Source: Candidatus Deferrimicrobiaceae bacterium (GTDB lineage Bacteria; Desulfobacterota; Deferrimicrobia; Deferrimicrobiales; Deferrimicrobiaceae). From it: a DNA stretch of 40,128 nt. Both the position numbers and the translations under genes were made by a program. Shown here piece after piece: positions 1 through 8,652 of the stretch. Below the pieces are notes generated by a model. The model ran no database searches. It saw only the letters and a program-made list of their open reading frames with translations, and was not told the DNA's origin. The stretch covers positions 1 through 40,128 of the forward strand of contig DASWBR010000067.1 of NCBI GenBank assembly GCA_036390495.1. The letters are read 5' to 3'. The number at the start of each line of letters is the position of its first letter. Within the stretch, counting starts at the first letter, position 1.

Positions 1-2532
1 TGGGAGGAGGCGGGCGTGTTCCGCTGCCCCGACGAGCTGTCCGCCCCGAAATATTACTGCCTCGAGATGTTCCCGTACCCCTCCGGCCGGATCCACATGG
101 GGCACGTGCGGGTCTACACCATCGGCGACCTCCTCGCGCGGTTCAAGCGGATGCGCGGGTACCAGGTGCTCCACCCGATCGGATGGGACGCCTTCGGCCT
201 TCCCGCCGAGAACGCCGCCTTCCGGCACGGGACGCATCCCGCGAAGTGGACGTGGGAGAACATCGGCTTCATGCGGGAGCAGCTCAAGCAGATGGGGATC
301 TCCTACGACTGGGAGCGCGAGTTCTCCACCTGCTCCCCCGGGTATTACCGCTGGGAGCAGCTCTTCTTCCTCTGGATGCTGTCGGACGGGATCGCCTACC
401 GGAAACGCGCCACGCTGAACTGGTGCGAGGAGTGCCAGACCGTCCTTGCCAACGAGCAGGTCAACCGCGACGGGACGTGCTTCATCCACGACCAGACCCC
501 CGTGACGCAGCGGGAACTCGACCAGTGGTTCGTCGCCATCACGAAATACGCCGAGGAACTTCTTTCGGGGCACGGGGAGCTTTCGGGCGGGTGGCCGGAG
601 AACATCCTCGAGATGCAGCGGAACTGGATCGGGCGCAGCGAGGGCGCGGAGATCCGGTTTCCCCTGGCGGAGGGCCCGGGGGACATCACCGTCTTCACCA
701 CGAGGCCGGACACCCTCTTCGGCGCAACCTTCATGAGCATGGCGCCGGAGCACCCGATGGTGATGGAGTTCGCGCGGAAGGCGGGCCGCGAAAACGAGGT
801 CCGGGAGTTCGTCGACCGCGTGGCGCGGCAGGACCGGATCGAACGGACCGGGGAGGAGATGGAGAAGGAGGGGATCTTCACCGGCGGGCACTGCGTCAAC
901 CCGGTGACGGGGGAGAAGATCCCCGTCTACGCCGCCAACTTCGTGCTCTACGAGTATGGCACCGGCGCGGTCATGGCGGTTCCCGCCCACGACCAGCGGG
1001 ACTTCGAGTTCGCGCGCCGGTACGGGCTCCCGATTGTCGTCGTCGTCCAGCCGGACGGGGAAGCGCTCGTCCCGGAGACGATGACCGCGGCCCACGAGGG
1101 GGCCGGCCGGCTCGTCCGATCCGGCGAATTTTCCGGGCGGGACAGCGAGGACGGGAAGAAGGCGATCACGCGGTTCCTCGAGGGGAAAGGGATGGGCCGC
1201 GGCACCGTGCAATACCGGCTTCGCGACTGGGGCGTCAGCCGGCAGCGGTACTGGGGGTGCCCGATCCCGGTGATCCACTGCGCGGGGTGCGGCGTCGTCC
1301 CGGTGCCCGAGGAGGACCTCCCCGTCGTGCTGCCGGAAGACCTCCCCTACACCCGGGAACGGGGGAACCCCCTCGCCGGGGCGGAGGAGTGGCTCGGGGT
1401 CCCCTGCCCCTCGTGCGGGAAGCCGGCCCGGCGCGAAACGGACACGTTCGACACCTTCTTCGAATCCAGCTGGTACTTCCTCCGCTACATCGACCCGAAA
1501 AACGACCGGGCCCCGCTCGACCCGGAAAAGATGCGGCGCTTCGCCCCGGTGGACCAGTACGTCGGCGGCGTCGAGCACGCCTGCATGCACCTGATCTACG
1601 CCCGCTTCTTCCACAAATACCTCCGCGACAAGGGGCTCGCCCCCGGGAACGAGCCGTTCCTCCGGCTCCTCTCCCAGGGGATGGTCTGCATGCAGACCCT
1701 CGAGTGCCCCAAGCACGGGTGGCGCTACTCCGAGGAGGTCGACGAGGGCGGCGCCTGCCGCCAGTGCGGAGAGAAGGTGAGCGTCGGCCGCTCGATGAAG
1801 ATGTCCAAGTCCAAGAGGAACGTCGTGGAGCCGTCCGCCCTGATCGAGCGGTACGGGGCGGACACCGCACGGCTCTTTTCCCTGTTCGCCGCGCCGCCGG
1901 AGAAGGATCTGGACTGGAGCGAGCAGGGGGTGGAGGGGGCGTTCCGCTTCCTGGGACGGGTCTACCGCCTCGTCGCGTCGCGCGCGGAGGCGATCGCCCG
2001 ATCCCCGCGGGCATGGGACGACTCGGAGGAGGTCCGCCGCATCCGGCAGGTGACCCACCGGACCCTGCGGAAGGTCACGGAAGACGTGGAAGAGCGGTTC
2101 CACTTCAACACGGCCATTTCCGCCGTCATGGAAATGGTGAATTTCCTCTACCTCGTGGACGACGCGGCGTGGGGGCGCCCTGCCACCGCGGCGGCGCTCC
2201 GGGAGGCAGTGGAGCTCCTTCTCCACATGCTCTCGCCCTTCGCCCCCCACGCGGCGGAGGAGCTTTGGCACCGGATCGGGAACCGCGACCTCCTTTGCAC
2301 CCGCCGCTGGCCGGAGGCCGATGTTGCCGCGGCCCGGGAAGAGACGGTGGAGGTGGTCGTCCAGGTGAACGGGAAGGTCCGCGCGAAGCTCACCGTGCCG
2401 TCTGGGGCGGCGGAGGAGGAAATCCGCCAGCTGGCGATGGCCGACTCGAGGGTACGGGAGCACACGGCGGGGAAGGGGATCCGCACGACCGTGTACGTCC
2501 CCGGCAAGCTGTTCAGCATCGTCGCGGCTTAG
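1..2532 (+). CDS. leuS: Leucine--tRNA ligase (5' end outside the window)
   Basis: Frame is open from base 1 (WEEAGVF...). Motifs [15 protein letters not shown] (HIGH), editing-domain TTRPDT and [15 protein letters not shown], and KMSKS. Confidence 0.98.
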   Translation, partial: WEEAGVFRCPDELSAPKYYCLEMFPYPSGRIHMGHVRVYTIGDLLARFKRMRGYQVLHPIGWDAFGLPAENAAFRHGTHPAKWTWENIGFMREQLKQMGISYDWEREFSTCSPGYYRWEQLFFLWMLSDGIAYRKRATLNWCEECQTVLANEQVNRDGTCFIHDQTPVTQRELDQWFVAITKYAEELLSGHGELSGGWPENILEMQRNWIGRSEGAEIRFPLAEGPGDITVFTTRPDTLFGATFMSMAPEHPMVMEFARKAGRENEVREFVDRVARQDRIERTGEEMEKEGIFTGGHCVNPVTGEKIPVYAANFVLYEYGTGAVMAVPAHDQRDFEFARRYGLPIVVVVQPDGEALVPETMTAAHEGAGRLVRSGEFSGRDSEDGKKAITRFLEGKGMGRGTVQYRLRDWGVSRQRYWGCPIPVIHCAGCGVVPVPEEDLPVVLPEDLPYTRERGNPLAGAEEWLGVPCPSCGKPARRETDTFDTFFESSWYFLRYIDPKNDRAPLDPEKMRRFAPVDQYVGGVEHACMHLIYARFFHKYLRDKGLAPGNEPFLRLLSQGMVCMQTLECPKHGWRYSEEVDEGGACRQCGEKVSVGRSMKMSKSKRNVVEPSALIERYGADTARLFSLFAAPPEKDLDWSEQGVEGAFRFLGRVYRLVASRAEAIARSPRAWDDSEEVRRIRQVTHRTLRKVTEDVEERFHFNTAISAVMEMVNFLYLVDDAAWGRPATAAALREAVELLLHMLSPFAPHAAEELWHRIGNRDLLCTRRWPEADVAAAREETVEVVVQVNGKVRAKLTVPSGAAEEEIRQLAMADSRVREHTAGKGIRTTVYVPGKLFSIVAA

Positions 2533-2534
2533 GC

Positions 2535-3068
2535 ATGCTGTTGCGCAGGTCCGCCGCGGCACTCCTCCTCGCAGCCACGGTTGCCGCCGTGGTCCCGGGG
2601 TGCGGGTACCAGCTCCACTCCGCGGGAAAAGCCCGGTTCTCCGACCCGGAGCTCCGCATGGATGTCCCCCCGTTCGCCAATGCGTCCACGATACCGGACG
2701 CGGGCAGCTACGTCGCCGCCCGTCTCCGCGAGGAGTTGCGGCGTGGGGGGTACCGGGGCGGGTTCGAACGGCCGGGGGCGGATTTCCTGGTCGAGGGAAA
2801 GGTGCTGGAGACCCGGGAGACCGTCATCTCCCACTCGGTGAACAGCCGGTTCGGGCTGGAATACCGTCTCACCGTCGTCCTGGAGATCCGGGTGTTGGAG
2901 GTCGTCAAGGGTCGCGTCCTGTGGAAGGAGGCGGGGATCACCGAATCGGCACCCTTCTACTCCGGGCCGGACCCCCAGTATACCGAGGCCAACCGGAGGG
3001 CCGCCTTCGAGGACGCGGTCCACCGCCTCGTAATCCGCCTTGCCCAGACGATCCGGGTGGTCGTGTGA
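2535..3068 (+). CDS. lptE: LPS-assembly lipoprotein LptE family (177 aa)
   Basis: ATG at 2535. Hydrophobic signal peptide with lipobox VVPG-CGY. Occupies the conserved leuS-lptE-holA position. Confidence 0.85.
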   Translation: MLLRRSAAALLLAATVAAVVPGCGYQLHSAGKARFSDPELRMDVPPFANASTIPDAGSYVAARLREELRRGGYRGGFERPGADFLVEGKVLETRETVISHSVNSRFGLEYRLTVVLEIRVLEVVKGRVLWKEAGITESAPFYSGPDPQYTEANRRAAFEDAVHRLVIRLAQTIRVVV

Positions 3069-3985
3069 AGGCCGCTTCCCCCGGAACGTTCTTCCGATCC
3101 TGGCTCGGGACGGTTCCGGCTCCGGCGTACCTCCTGTACGGGGACGGTGCCGGCCTGGCCGGTTGCCTCGTCCACGCCTGGGAGAAGCGGCTGCGGGAGG
3201 AAGGGGTGAACGCCGAGGTCCATCACTGGACGGTGGCCGACATGGAACGGGATTCCCCGGAGACCGCCTGGCGCTCCCCCTCCTTCTTCGCCAGGGTGCG
3301 CATCTTCGTCCTTCCCGACCTCGCGGAATTGAAGAAAGGGCACCGGGAGACGATCCGGGCATACCTCGGAACGCCGGAACCGTCCGCGACTCTTGTCCTG
3401 CACGGCACGGATTTCCGGCAGGCGCAAGGTTTCTCCCGCGCCCCGAACCTCCTGTCCGCCGCCCCGAGGGAGCAGCAGGCCGTGGACGCCCTCGCGGAGT
3501 ACGCCGTCGCCATCGCAAGGGAGGCCGGCGCCTCCCTCCCCCGGGAATCGGCTTCCTTCCTCGCCCGGTGGGTGGGCGTTTCCTTCGAGCTCCTCGACGC
3601 CGAGGTCGGGAAACTCCTGGCGTACGCCGGGGCACGCAAGGAAATCACGGAGGAGGATATCCGTGCGGTCTGCGTTTCCCGGGGCGAGGTCGATCCGTTC
3701 CGCATGGCGGACGCCCTGGTCCGGAAGGATGGTCCCGCGTGCCTCGCCCTGCTCCGGCGTTTTGCGGCCACCGCGGACGCGGAGGATTACCACAGGCTGA
3801 ACGGCGCGATGGCCTGGTACCTTCGTGGATGCGTGGAGGGAAGGGGGAGGGGAGCGCCGGTGACACCCGGGAGGGCGGCGGCGCTGTTCCGCACCCTGTC
3901 CCGGATCGACCGGGAAATGAAGGGGGAGAGTCGCCTCTCCCCCGGGCAGGTATTCGAGATCCGGCTGCTGTCGGCCTTGATGTAG
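3065..3985 (+). CDS. holA: DNA polymerase III subunit delta (divergent, 306 aa)
   Basis: GTG overlaps the lptE stop (GTGA). Segments PAYLLYGD, SPSFF and EVGKLLAY...ITEEDI. Synteny with leuS-lptE and rpsT. Confidence 0.8.
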   Translation: MKAASPGTFFRSWLGTVPAPAYLLYGDGAGLAGCLVHAWEKRLREEGVNAEVHHWTVADMERDSPETAWRSPSFFARVRIFVLPDLAELKKGHRETIRAYLGTPEPSATLVLHGTDFRQAQGFSRAPNLLSAAPREQQAVDALAEYAVAIAREAGASLPRESASFLARWVGVSFELLDAEVGKLLAYAGARKEITEEDIRAVCVSRGEVDPFRMADALVRKDGPACLALLRRFAATADAEDYHRLNGAMAWYLRGCVEGRGRGAPVTPGRAAALFRTLSRIDREMKGESRLSPGQVFEIRLLSALM

Positions 3986-3997
3986 TGAGGCTTGCGG

Positions 3998-4270
3998 TTA
4001 CTTCTTCGCGGTCGCCTTGTGGACCGCTTTGGCGAGCCGGGCGACCTTGCGGGAAGCCGTCTTCTTGTGGAGCACGCCTTTCGAACCGGCGCGCGCGATG
4101 ACGGACTCCGCGTTCCGGAGAAGTTCCGCGGCCTTCTCGCCGGCGTTTTCGGCGATCCCGGCGCGCAGTTCCTTCACGGCGCTCTTCACGGTGGAGCGGA
4201 CGTGGCGGTTCCGGGCCCGGCGCTTGAGACTCTGCTTGTGCCGCTTCACGGCAGACTGGAGCTTCGCCAA
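3998..4270 (-). CDS. rpsT: 30S ribosomal protein S20
   Basis: SAVKRHKQSLKRRARNR...KGVLHKKTASRKVARL. TTG start preceded by AGGAGG. Confidence 0.97.
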   Translation of the reverse strand: MAKLQSAVKRHKQSLKRRARNRHVRSTVKSAVKELRAGIAENAGEKAAELLRNAESVIARAGSKGVLHKKTASRKVARLAKAVHKATAKK

Positions 4271-4317
4271 CCTGTTCCTCCTTGCGACCCGATCGTCAGG
4301 ATTTGCAAATTAGATAT

Positions 4318-4344
4318 TTGATACCATGGAGCCCGAAATGTCAA
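4318..4344 (-). promoter_or_regulatory. Putative sigma70 promoter of rpsT
   Basis: Minus strand TTGACA (4344-4339) and TG-g-TATCAA (4323-4318) in an AT-rich patch. The spacer is only 15 bp, so the pairing is uncertain. Confidence 0.4.
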
Positions 4345-4916
4345 AGAGAAAAAAGGATTCCGGCCCCGCGCATCCCGGCCCAGTGGAGGCCGCGTACGCC
4401 ATGCCGGTCGGGCTCCCGTACGGTTTCGCATCCCTCGTGTTCGCCGGCGGAAGGCTCGTCGCGGTTCCCTGGGAGAAAGACCGCCGGCGCCTTCTCGCGT
4501 CGATCCGGAACGGGTATCCCGGAGCGCGGCCAGCCGCCGGCGCTTTCGAATGGTGCCGGGACCTCCTCGTGCGGTACGCCAACGGGGTTTTCCCGGAACC
4601 GGAAGAGGTCCTCCTGCTTCCCTTCGCCTGGGAGCGCGTCTCCCCCTTCGACCGGACGATCCTCGAGGCGACGGCGCGAATCCCGGCGGGGTGCGTGACG
4701 ACGTACGGGGAGTTGGCGGCCCGGGCCGGCAGACCGGGGTGTGCACGGGCGGCGGGGGGCGCGCTCGGGAGGAATCCCTGGCCGATTCTCCTTCCCTGCC
4801 ACCGCGTTGCGGGAGCGGATGGATCCCTTACGGGGTTCGGCAAAGGGCTCCCGGCGAAGAAAGCCCTCCTCGCGTTCGAGTCGTCCGCCCGGATGACCCG
4901 GCGGACTGCCCAATAA
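4326..4916 (+). CDS. ogt: Methylated-DNA--protein-cysteine methyltransferase (Ogt/Ada-C family); start may be 4338
   Basis: IPAGCVTTYGELA, ARAAGGALGRNP, active-site PCHRV, C-terminal KKALLAFE. Confidence 0.9.
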   Translation: MEPEMSKRKKDSGPAHPGPVEAAYAMPVGLPYGFASLVFAGGRLVAVPWEKDRRRLLASIRNGYPGARPAAGAFEWCRDLLVRYANGVFPEPEEVLLLPFAWERVSPFDRTILEATARIPAGCVTTYGELAARAGRPGCARAAGGALGRNPWPILLPCHRVAGADGSLTGFGKGLPAKKALLAFESSARMTRRTAQ

Positions 4917-4961
4917 ACAGGCAATCTGCAGAACGCTTCCCCGGTGCGACTCCGGCCCGGA

Positions 4962-5007
4962 ATTTCCACAAGGGATTCCACAGGCATTCCACAAAGGGTG
5001 TGGAGAA
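4962..5007. repeat. Cluster of four TCCACA-core, DnaA-box-like 9-mers (three direct, one inverted)
   Basis: ATTTCCACA 4962-4970, GATTCCACA 4974-4982, CATTCCACA 4985-4993 and inverted TGTGGAGAA 4999-5007, in the ogt/mazG convergent intergenic region. The repeat is directly visible; DnaA binding is inferred. Confidence 0.6.
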
Positions 5008-5018
5008 CGGGATCCGGC

Positions 5019-5792
5019 TCAGGAGGTGGTCCTCTTTGCCTTCTGCCAGAGGCTCTCGAGCGTGGCCATGTCGGCATTTTCCAGGGAACTGCCCGTTTCC
5101 GAAGCGATTTTCTCCATCTCGCGGAATCTCCGCTCGAACCGGTCGTTCGCCGACATCATCGCGACCTCGGGGTTCAGGTTCAGGAATCGGGCCAGGTTGA
5201 CCAGCGCGAACAGGACATCCCCGAACTCGTGCTCGATCTTCCCCGGATCCTCGCCGGACATGGCTTCCTTGAGTTCCCCCAGCTCCTCTTCCACCTTTTC
5301 GAGAACCTGCTCCGTCCGTTCCCAGTCGAACCCGGCGCGGGCCGCCTTCTTCGACATCTTGGACGCCCGGAGCAGGGAAGGGAAATCCCGGGGGATCCCG
5401 CCGACGAGGGAGGGGTGGCTCCGGTTCTCCACCGTCCGCTTGATGTGCTCCCACTGCCGGGAAACGGCCTCCGGGCTGTCGGCATGGGCCTCCCCGAACA
5501 CGTGCGGGTGCCGGCGGACCATCTTCTCCGAAATGGAGGAAATCACGTCGGAGATGCCGAACTCCCCGTTCTCCTCCGCGATCCGGGCATGGAACAGGAT
5601 CTGGAGCAGGAGGTCCCCCAGTTCCTCGCACAGGAGGGAGGGGTCGTTTTGCCGGATGGCGTCCACGACCTCGTGCGTTTCCTCGACGAGGTATTGCCGA
5701 AGCGTCTCGTGGGTCTGGGCGCGGTCCCACTCGCACCCCCCCTCGCCGCGGAGGCGGGCCATGATTTCGACGAGTTTCCGGAAGTCGTCCAT
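5019..5792 (-). CDS. mazG: Nucleoside triphosphate pyrophosphohydrolase MazG (two-domain)
   Basis: GCEWDRAQTHETL, EETHEVVDAI, EELGDLLLQ, RRHPHVF, GFDW, EEELGE, EFGDVLF. Confidence 0.96.
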   Translation of the reverse strand: MDDFRKLVEIMARLRGEGGCEWDRAQTHETLRQYLVEETHEVVDAIRQNDPSLLCEELGDLLLQILFHARIAEENGEFGISDVISSISEKMVRRHPHVFGEAHADSPEAVSRQWEHIKRTVENRSHPSLVGGIPRDFPSLLRASKMSKKAARAGFDWERTEQVLEKVEEELGELKEAMSGEDPGKIEHEFGDVLFALVNLARFLNLNPEVAMMSANDRFERRFREMEKIASETGSSLENADMATLESLWQKAKRTTS

Positions 5793-5833
5793 TGCGGGCG
5801 TTTTCCCCGTAACAATGTTAGCATAATACCTTT

Positions 5834-7747
5834 ATGACTCCACGGGTTCCCAACGGGACGTACCGTTTCCCCGCACGCGCTGCCCTTCTCCTCGTTTTCC
5901 TGCTTTCCACGATTCCCGTCTTTGCCTCGGCGGCGGAGCCTTTGGCGAGGTATCCGGTGGCCGTCCGGGAGCAGGCGCTCCGGGTGGTGGAGGCCGCCTC
6001 TCCCGTTCCCACGGAGACGTTCGCCCTGGAGGTCCGGACCCTCCGGAAACGGATGTTCGACTACGGGATCCTGTCCTTGAACGCCCTCCCGGACCTCGTC
6101 TTCGACCGGGCCGCGAAGGAGGGGTGGAAGCGCAAGGCGTACGGGCCGCTCCGGGAAATGACCCGCGTCGCCCCGCTTTCGGTCCCGCTCTGGGCGTGGC
6201 TGGTCCGCGAGGATGTCTTGCGGTTCGCGCCGGATCGTTTCTTCTCCGACGTCGGCGGGCTCGCCGGGGCGGCCCGGGAATTCGCCCCGGCCCTGCCGGG
6301 GTACGCCGCGTGGCTCCTCATGCTCGCCTCCGCGACCGCGTGCTGGTTCGCGGCCTGGGCATCCATCGTCGTCCTGCTCCGGGCGCGAACGGCCCTTACC
6401 GCCGACCTGTCCCGGATGTTCCGGGGTTTCCGTTACCCGGAGATCCCGGCTGCACTGCTGTTGTGGTGCGGTTTTGCCGGGCCCGTCCTTTTCGGAGCGG
6501 GGCTCGGCGTGTGCGCCGTGTTCTGGATCGCGCTGTCGGCGGGGTACCTGCGGCGGGGGGAACTGGCGATCGCGGTCGCGGCGATCCTCCTTCTCGCGGG
6601 GGTGTTCTTCGCGGGGGGCGTGATCGACCTCCTCGGCCGGTTGGCCGGCGGGACGCAGTCGGGGGAGTGGTTCGCGGCCGAGGGGTATCTGCCGGGGCAA
6701 TGGCCGGAACCCCCTTCCACCGGACAATCCTCTCGCCCCGGAACGCAATGGGACGGGATGATCCGGTTCAGCAGGGCGCGCGCGGAGATGCAGTCGGGGA
6801 ACCTGCAGGTCGCGGAGCGGATGTGGTCGGAGCTCATCCGGGACGGGCGGGAGGTGGCGGGAGCGTACAACAACCGGGGATTGGTGCGGGCGCGGCTCGG
6901 GAAGACCGAGGAAGCCCTGTCGGATTTCGAGGCCGCCGTCGGGCAGAACCCGTCGGGCGGTCCAGCCCACTGGAATTCCTACCAGATGTACCTCGTGACG
7001 TTCCGGCTCGAACAGGCCGCCCGGATCCAGTCCGCGGCCTGGGCGAGCATCGGGAAGTCCCCCCCGTTCGATTTCCGTGCGGAGGAGATGACCCACGGCG
7101 AACTGGTGCCATCCCCGCTGCGTGCGGAGGGGATCCGGGAGAAGTTCGGATTGCTCCGGGAAGGGGGATTCCGGAATGCGGGGGAAAACCCGTTCCGGGC
7201 GCTCCTCTTCCGGTTCCTGCCGGGAGGATGGGGCCCCGCGTTCCTCGTCGTGGGGTGCCTCTGGGCGGGGGCGGGGAGACTCCTGTCCCGCAAGGTCTGG
7301 TTGCACAGCGCGTGCCGGTCGTGCGGGACCCTGACGATGGTGGCACGGACGCGGGAGACCGCCGACATCTGCAACTCCTGCCGCGCCCAGGTCGGAAGGG
7401 GGCTCCGGGGAGGGGAGGAGAGGGAGCGAAGGATCCTCAACATCCATCTGCACCGTCGGTACGTCCGGGCGTGCACCGTCCTGATCCCCGGGAGCGGCGC
7501 ATTGTGGGCTGGCAAGGACCTCCGGGCGATGGTCTACGGGTTCGCGTTCTGCGCTCCCCTGGGGGTCCTCACGGTCTCCCTGGGCGGGTTGGCGGCCGGC
7601 CGCGGTCTTCTCTCGGACATGCAGTCCATGGTCGCCGGGGCCGCCATCGCGTGCGCGGTGCTGTTGTGGGCCGGCGGGGCGTGGTGGGGCTGGCGCTCCT
7701 TCGAAGCGCTGCAGCTGCGGTACAACGTCGCGGAGGAAAGGACGTAG
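5834..7747 (+). CDS. Polytopic membrane protein with TPR repeats and a CxxC-x15-CxxC zinc-ribbon-like motif
   Basis: Signal-peptide-like N-terminus and about 7 hydrophobic segments. TPR consensus AYNNRGLVRARLGKTEEALSDFEAAVGQNP. CRSC-x15-CNSC at 7313-7381. Confidence 0.75.
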   Translation: MTPRVPNGTYRFPARAALLLVFLLSTIPVFASAAEPLARYPVAVREQALRVVEAASPVPTETFALEVRTLRKRMFDYGILSLNALPDLVFDRAAKEGWKRKAYGPLREMTRVAPLSVPLWAWLVREDVLRFAPDRFFSDVGGLAGAAREFAPALPGYAAWLLMLASATACWFAAWASIVVLLRARTALTADLSRMFRGFRYPEIPAALLLWCGFAGPVLFGAGLGVCAVFWIALSAGYLRRGELAIAVAAILLLAGVFFAGGVIDLLGRLAGGTQSGEWFAAEGYLPGQWPEPPSTGQSSRPGTQWDGMIRFSRARAEMQSGNLQVAERMWSELIRDGREVAGAYNNRGLVRARLGKTEEALSDFEAAVGQNPSGGPAHWNSYQMYLVTFRLEQAARIQSAAWASIGKSPPFDFRAEEMTHGELVPSPLRAEGIREKFGLLREGGFRNAGENPFRALLFRFLPGGWGPAFLVVGCLWAGAGRLLSRKVWLHSACRSCGTLTMVARTRETADICNSCRAQVGRGLRGGEERERRILNIHLHRRYVRACTVLIPGSGALWAGKDLRAMVYGFAFCAPLGVLTVSLGGLAAGRGLLSDMQSMVAGAAIACAVLLWAGGAWWGWRSFEALQLRYNVAEERT

Positions 7748-7749
7748 CG

Positions 7750-8637
7750 GTGCAGGGGAAGATCTCGGACTTCAGCATCCCGGAAATCTTCCAGCTCGTC
7801 TCCTCGCAAGGGAAGAGCGGCTCCCTCGCCATTTCCGGGAACGACCGGATCACGATCTTCCTCTTCTCGGACGGGCGGATCGTGGACGTCCAGCCCGACC
7901 GGAGGGAACCCCGGTCCCTGCTGGGAACCATGTTGCGGGACGCCGGGCACCTCACGGATTCCGAGTTGAAGCGGTTCCTCGACGCCCAGGGTGGAGGGGG
8001 AGGGAAGAAGATCGGCGAGCTCCTCGTGGAGAAGGGGAAGATCTCCCGCGAGGTGCTCGCCCGCTTCCTGACCCTCCAGGTCAAGGAGTGCCTCTTCGAA
8101 GTCCTCACCCTCAAGGACGGGGAGTACCGTTTCGAGGGATTCGCCGTGCGCCCTCCGCCCTGGGGGGGGGAGCCGCTCCGGCCGGACGTCCTGATGATGG
8201 AGGGGATGCAGTTCCTCGACGAGTACCCGATGTACCGCGGGAAGCTGCCGCCGGGACCTTTCCGCGTCTCCCGCCACAAGGGGGAGAAGGTCGACGTGAA
8301 AGCGCTATCCCCGGAGGAGGGAGCCGTCTGGAAGGCGCTGGAGTTCTCGGACGATCCCGACAGGGTCTTCCGGAAGGCGTGCCTCACGGGATTCGAGGGG
8401 GCCAAGGGGCTTTCCCTGCTGCTGGAGCGCGGGCTGGTGGATGCGGGCACGGTGACCCGGGAGGGGGACGACACCGCGCTCCGGCTCCGGCGGGAGCTCT
8501 CCGTGCGGCGCGGGATCGACGCGGGCAACGCGTTCCTGTGGGCCGTAGGGCTGGCGATCGCGGCCGCGTGGCTCTACCGCTCCCTCCTGTCGCCCTCCGC
8601 CGCCGGGATCTTTTCGGAGTGGACGAAATTCTTCTGA
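7750..8637 (+). CDS. DUF4388 (PatA_N-like) domain protein with MshEN-like repeats and a C-terminal TM helix (295 aa)
   Basis: GTG after AGGA. QGKISDFSIPEIFQLVSSQGKSGSL...IFLFSDGRIV and LTLKDGEYRFE are typical of DUF4388. Ends in hydrophobic AFLWAVGLAIAAAWLY. Confidence 0.8.
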   Translation: MQGKISDFSIPEIFQLVSSQGKSGSLAISGNDRITIFLFSDGRIVDVQPDRREPRSLLGTMLRDAGHLTDSELKRFLDAQGGGGGKKIGELLVEKGKISREVLARFLTLQVKECLFEVLTLKDGEYRFEGFAVRPPPWGGEPLRPDVLMMEGMQFLDEYPMYRGKLPPGPFRVSRHKGEKVDVKALSPEEGAVWKALEFSDDPDRVFRKACLTGFEGAKGLSLLLERGLVDAGTVTREGDDTALRLRRELSVRRGIDAGNAFLWAVGLAIAAAWLYRSLLSPSAAGIFSEWTKFF

Positions 8638-8652
8638 CGGGACACCGGGGAG

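Noticed and set aside
4917-5018. Replication origin or CRISPR/iteron interpretation of the TTCCACA repeats
   Set aside because: No dnaA/dnaN, rep or cas genes and no AT-rich unwinding element. The repeats are too short and have no spacers. Kept only as a DnaA-box-like cluster.
5019-5792. mazG as part of a toxin-antitoxin or anti-phage locus
   Set aside because: It is the two-domain housekeeping form, with no mazEF, nucleotidyltransferase or effector neighbours.
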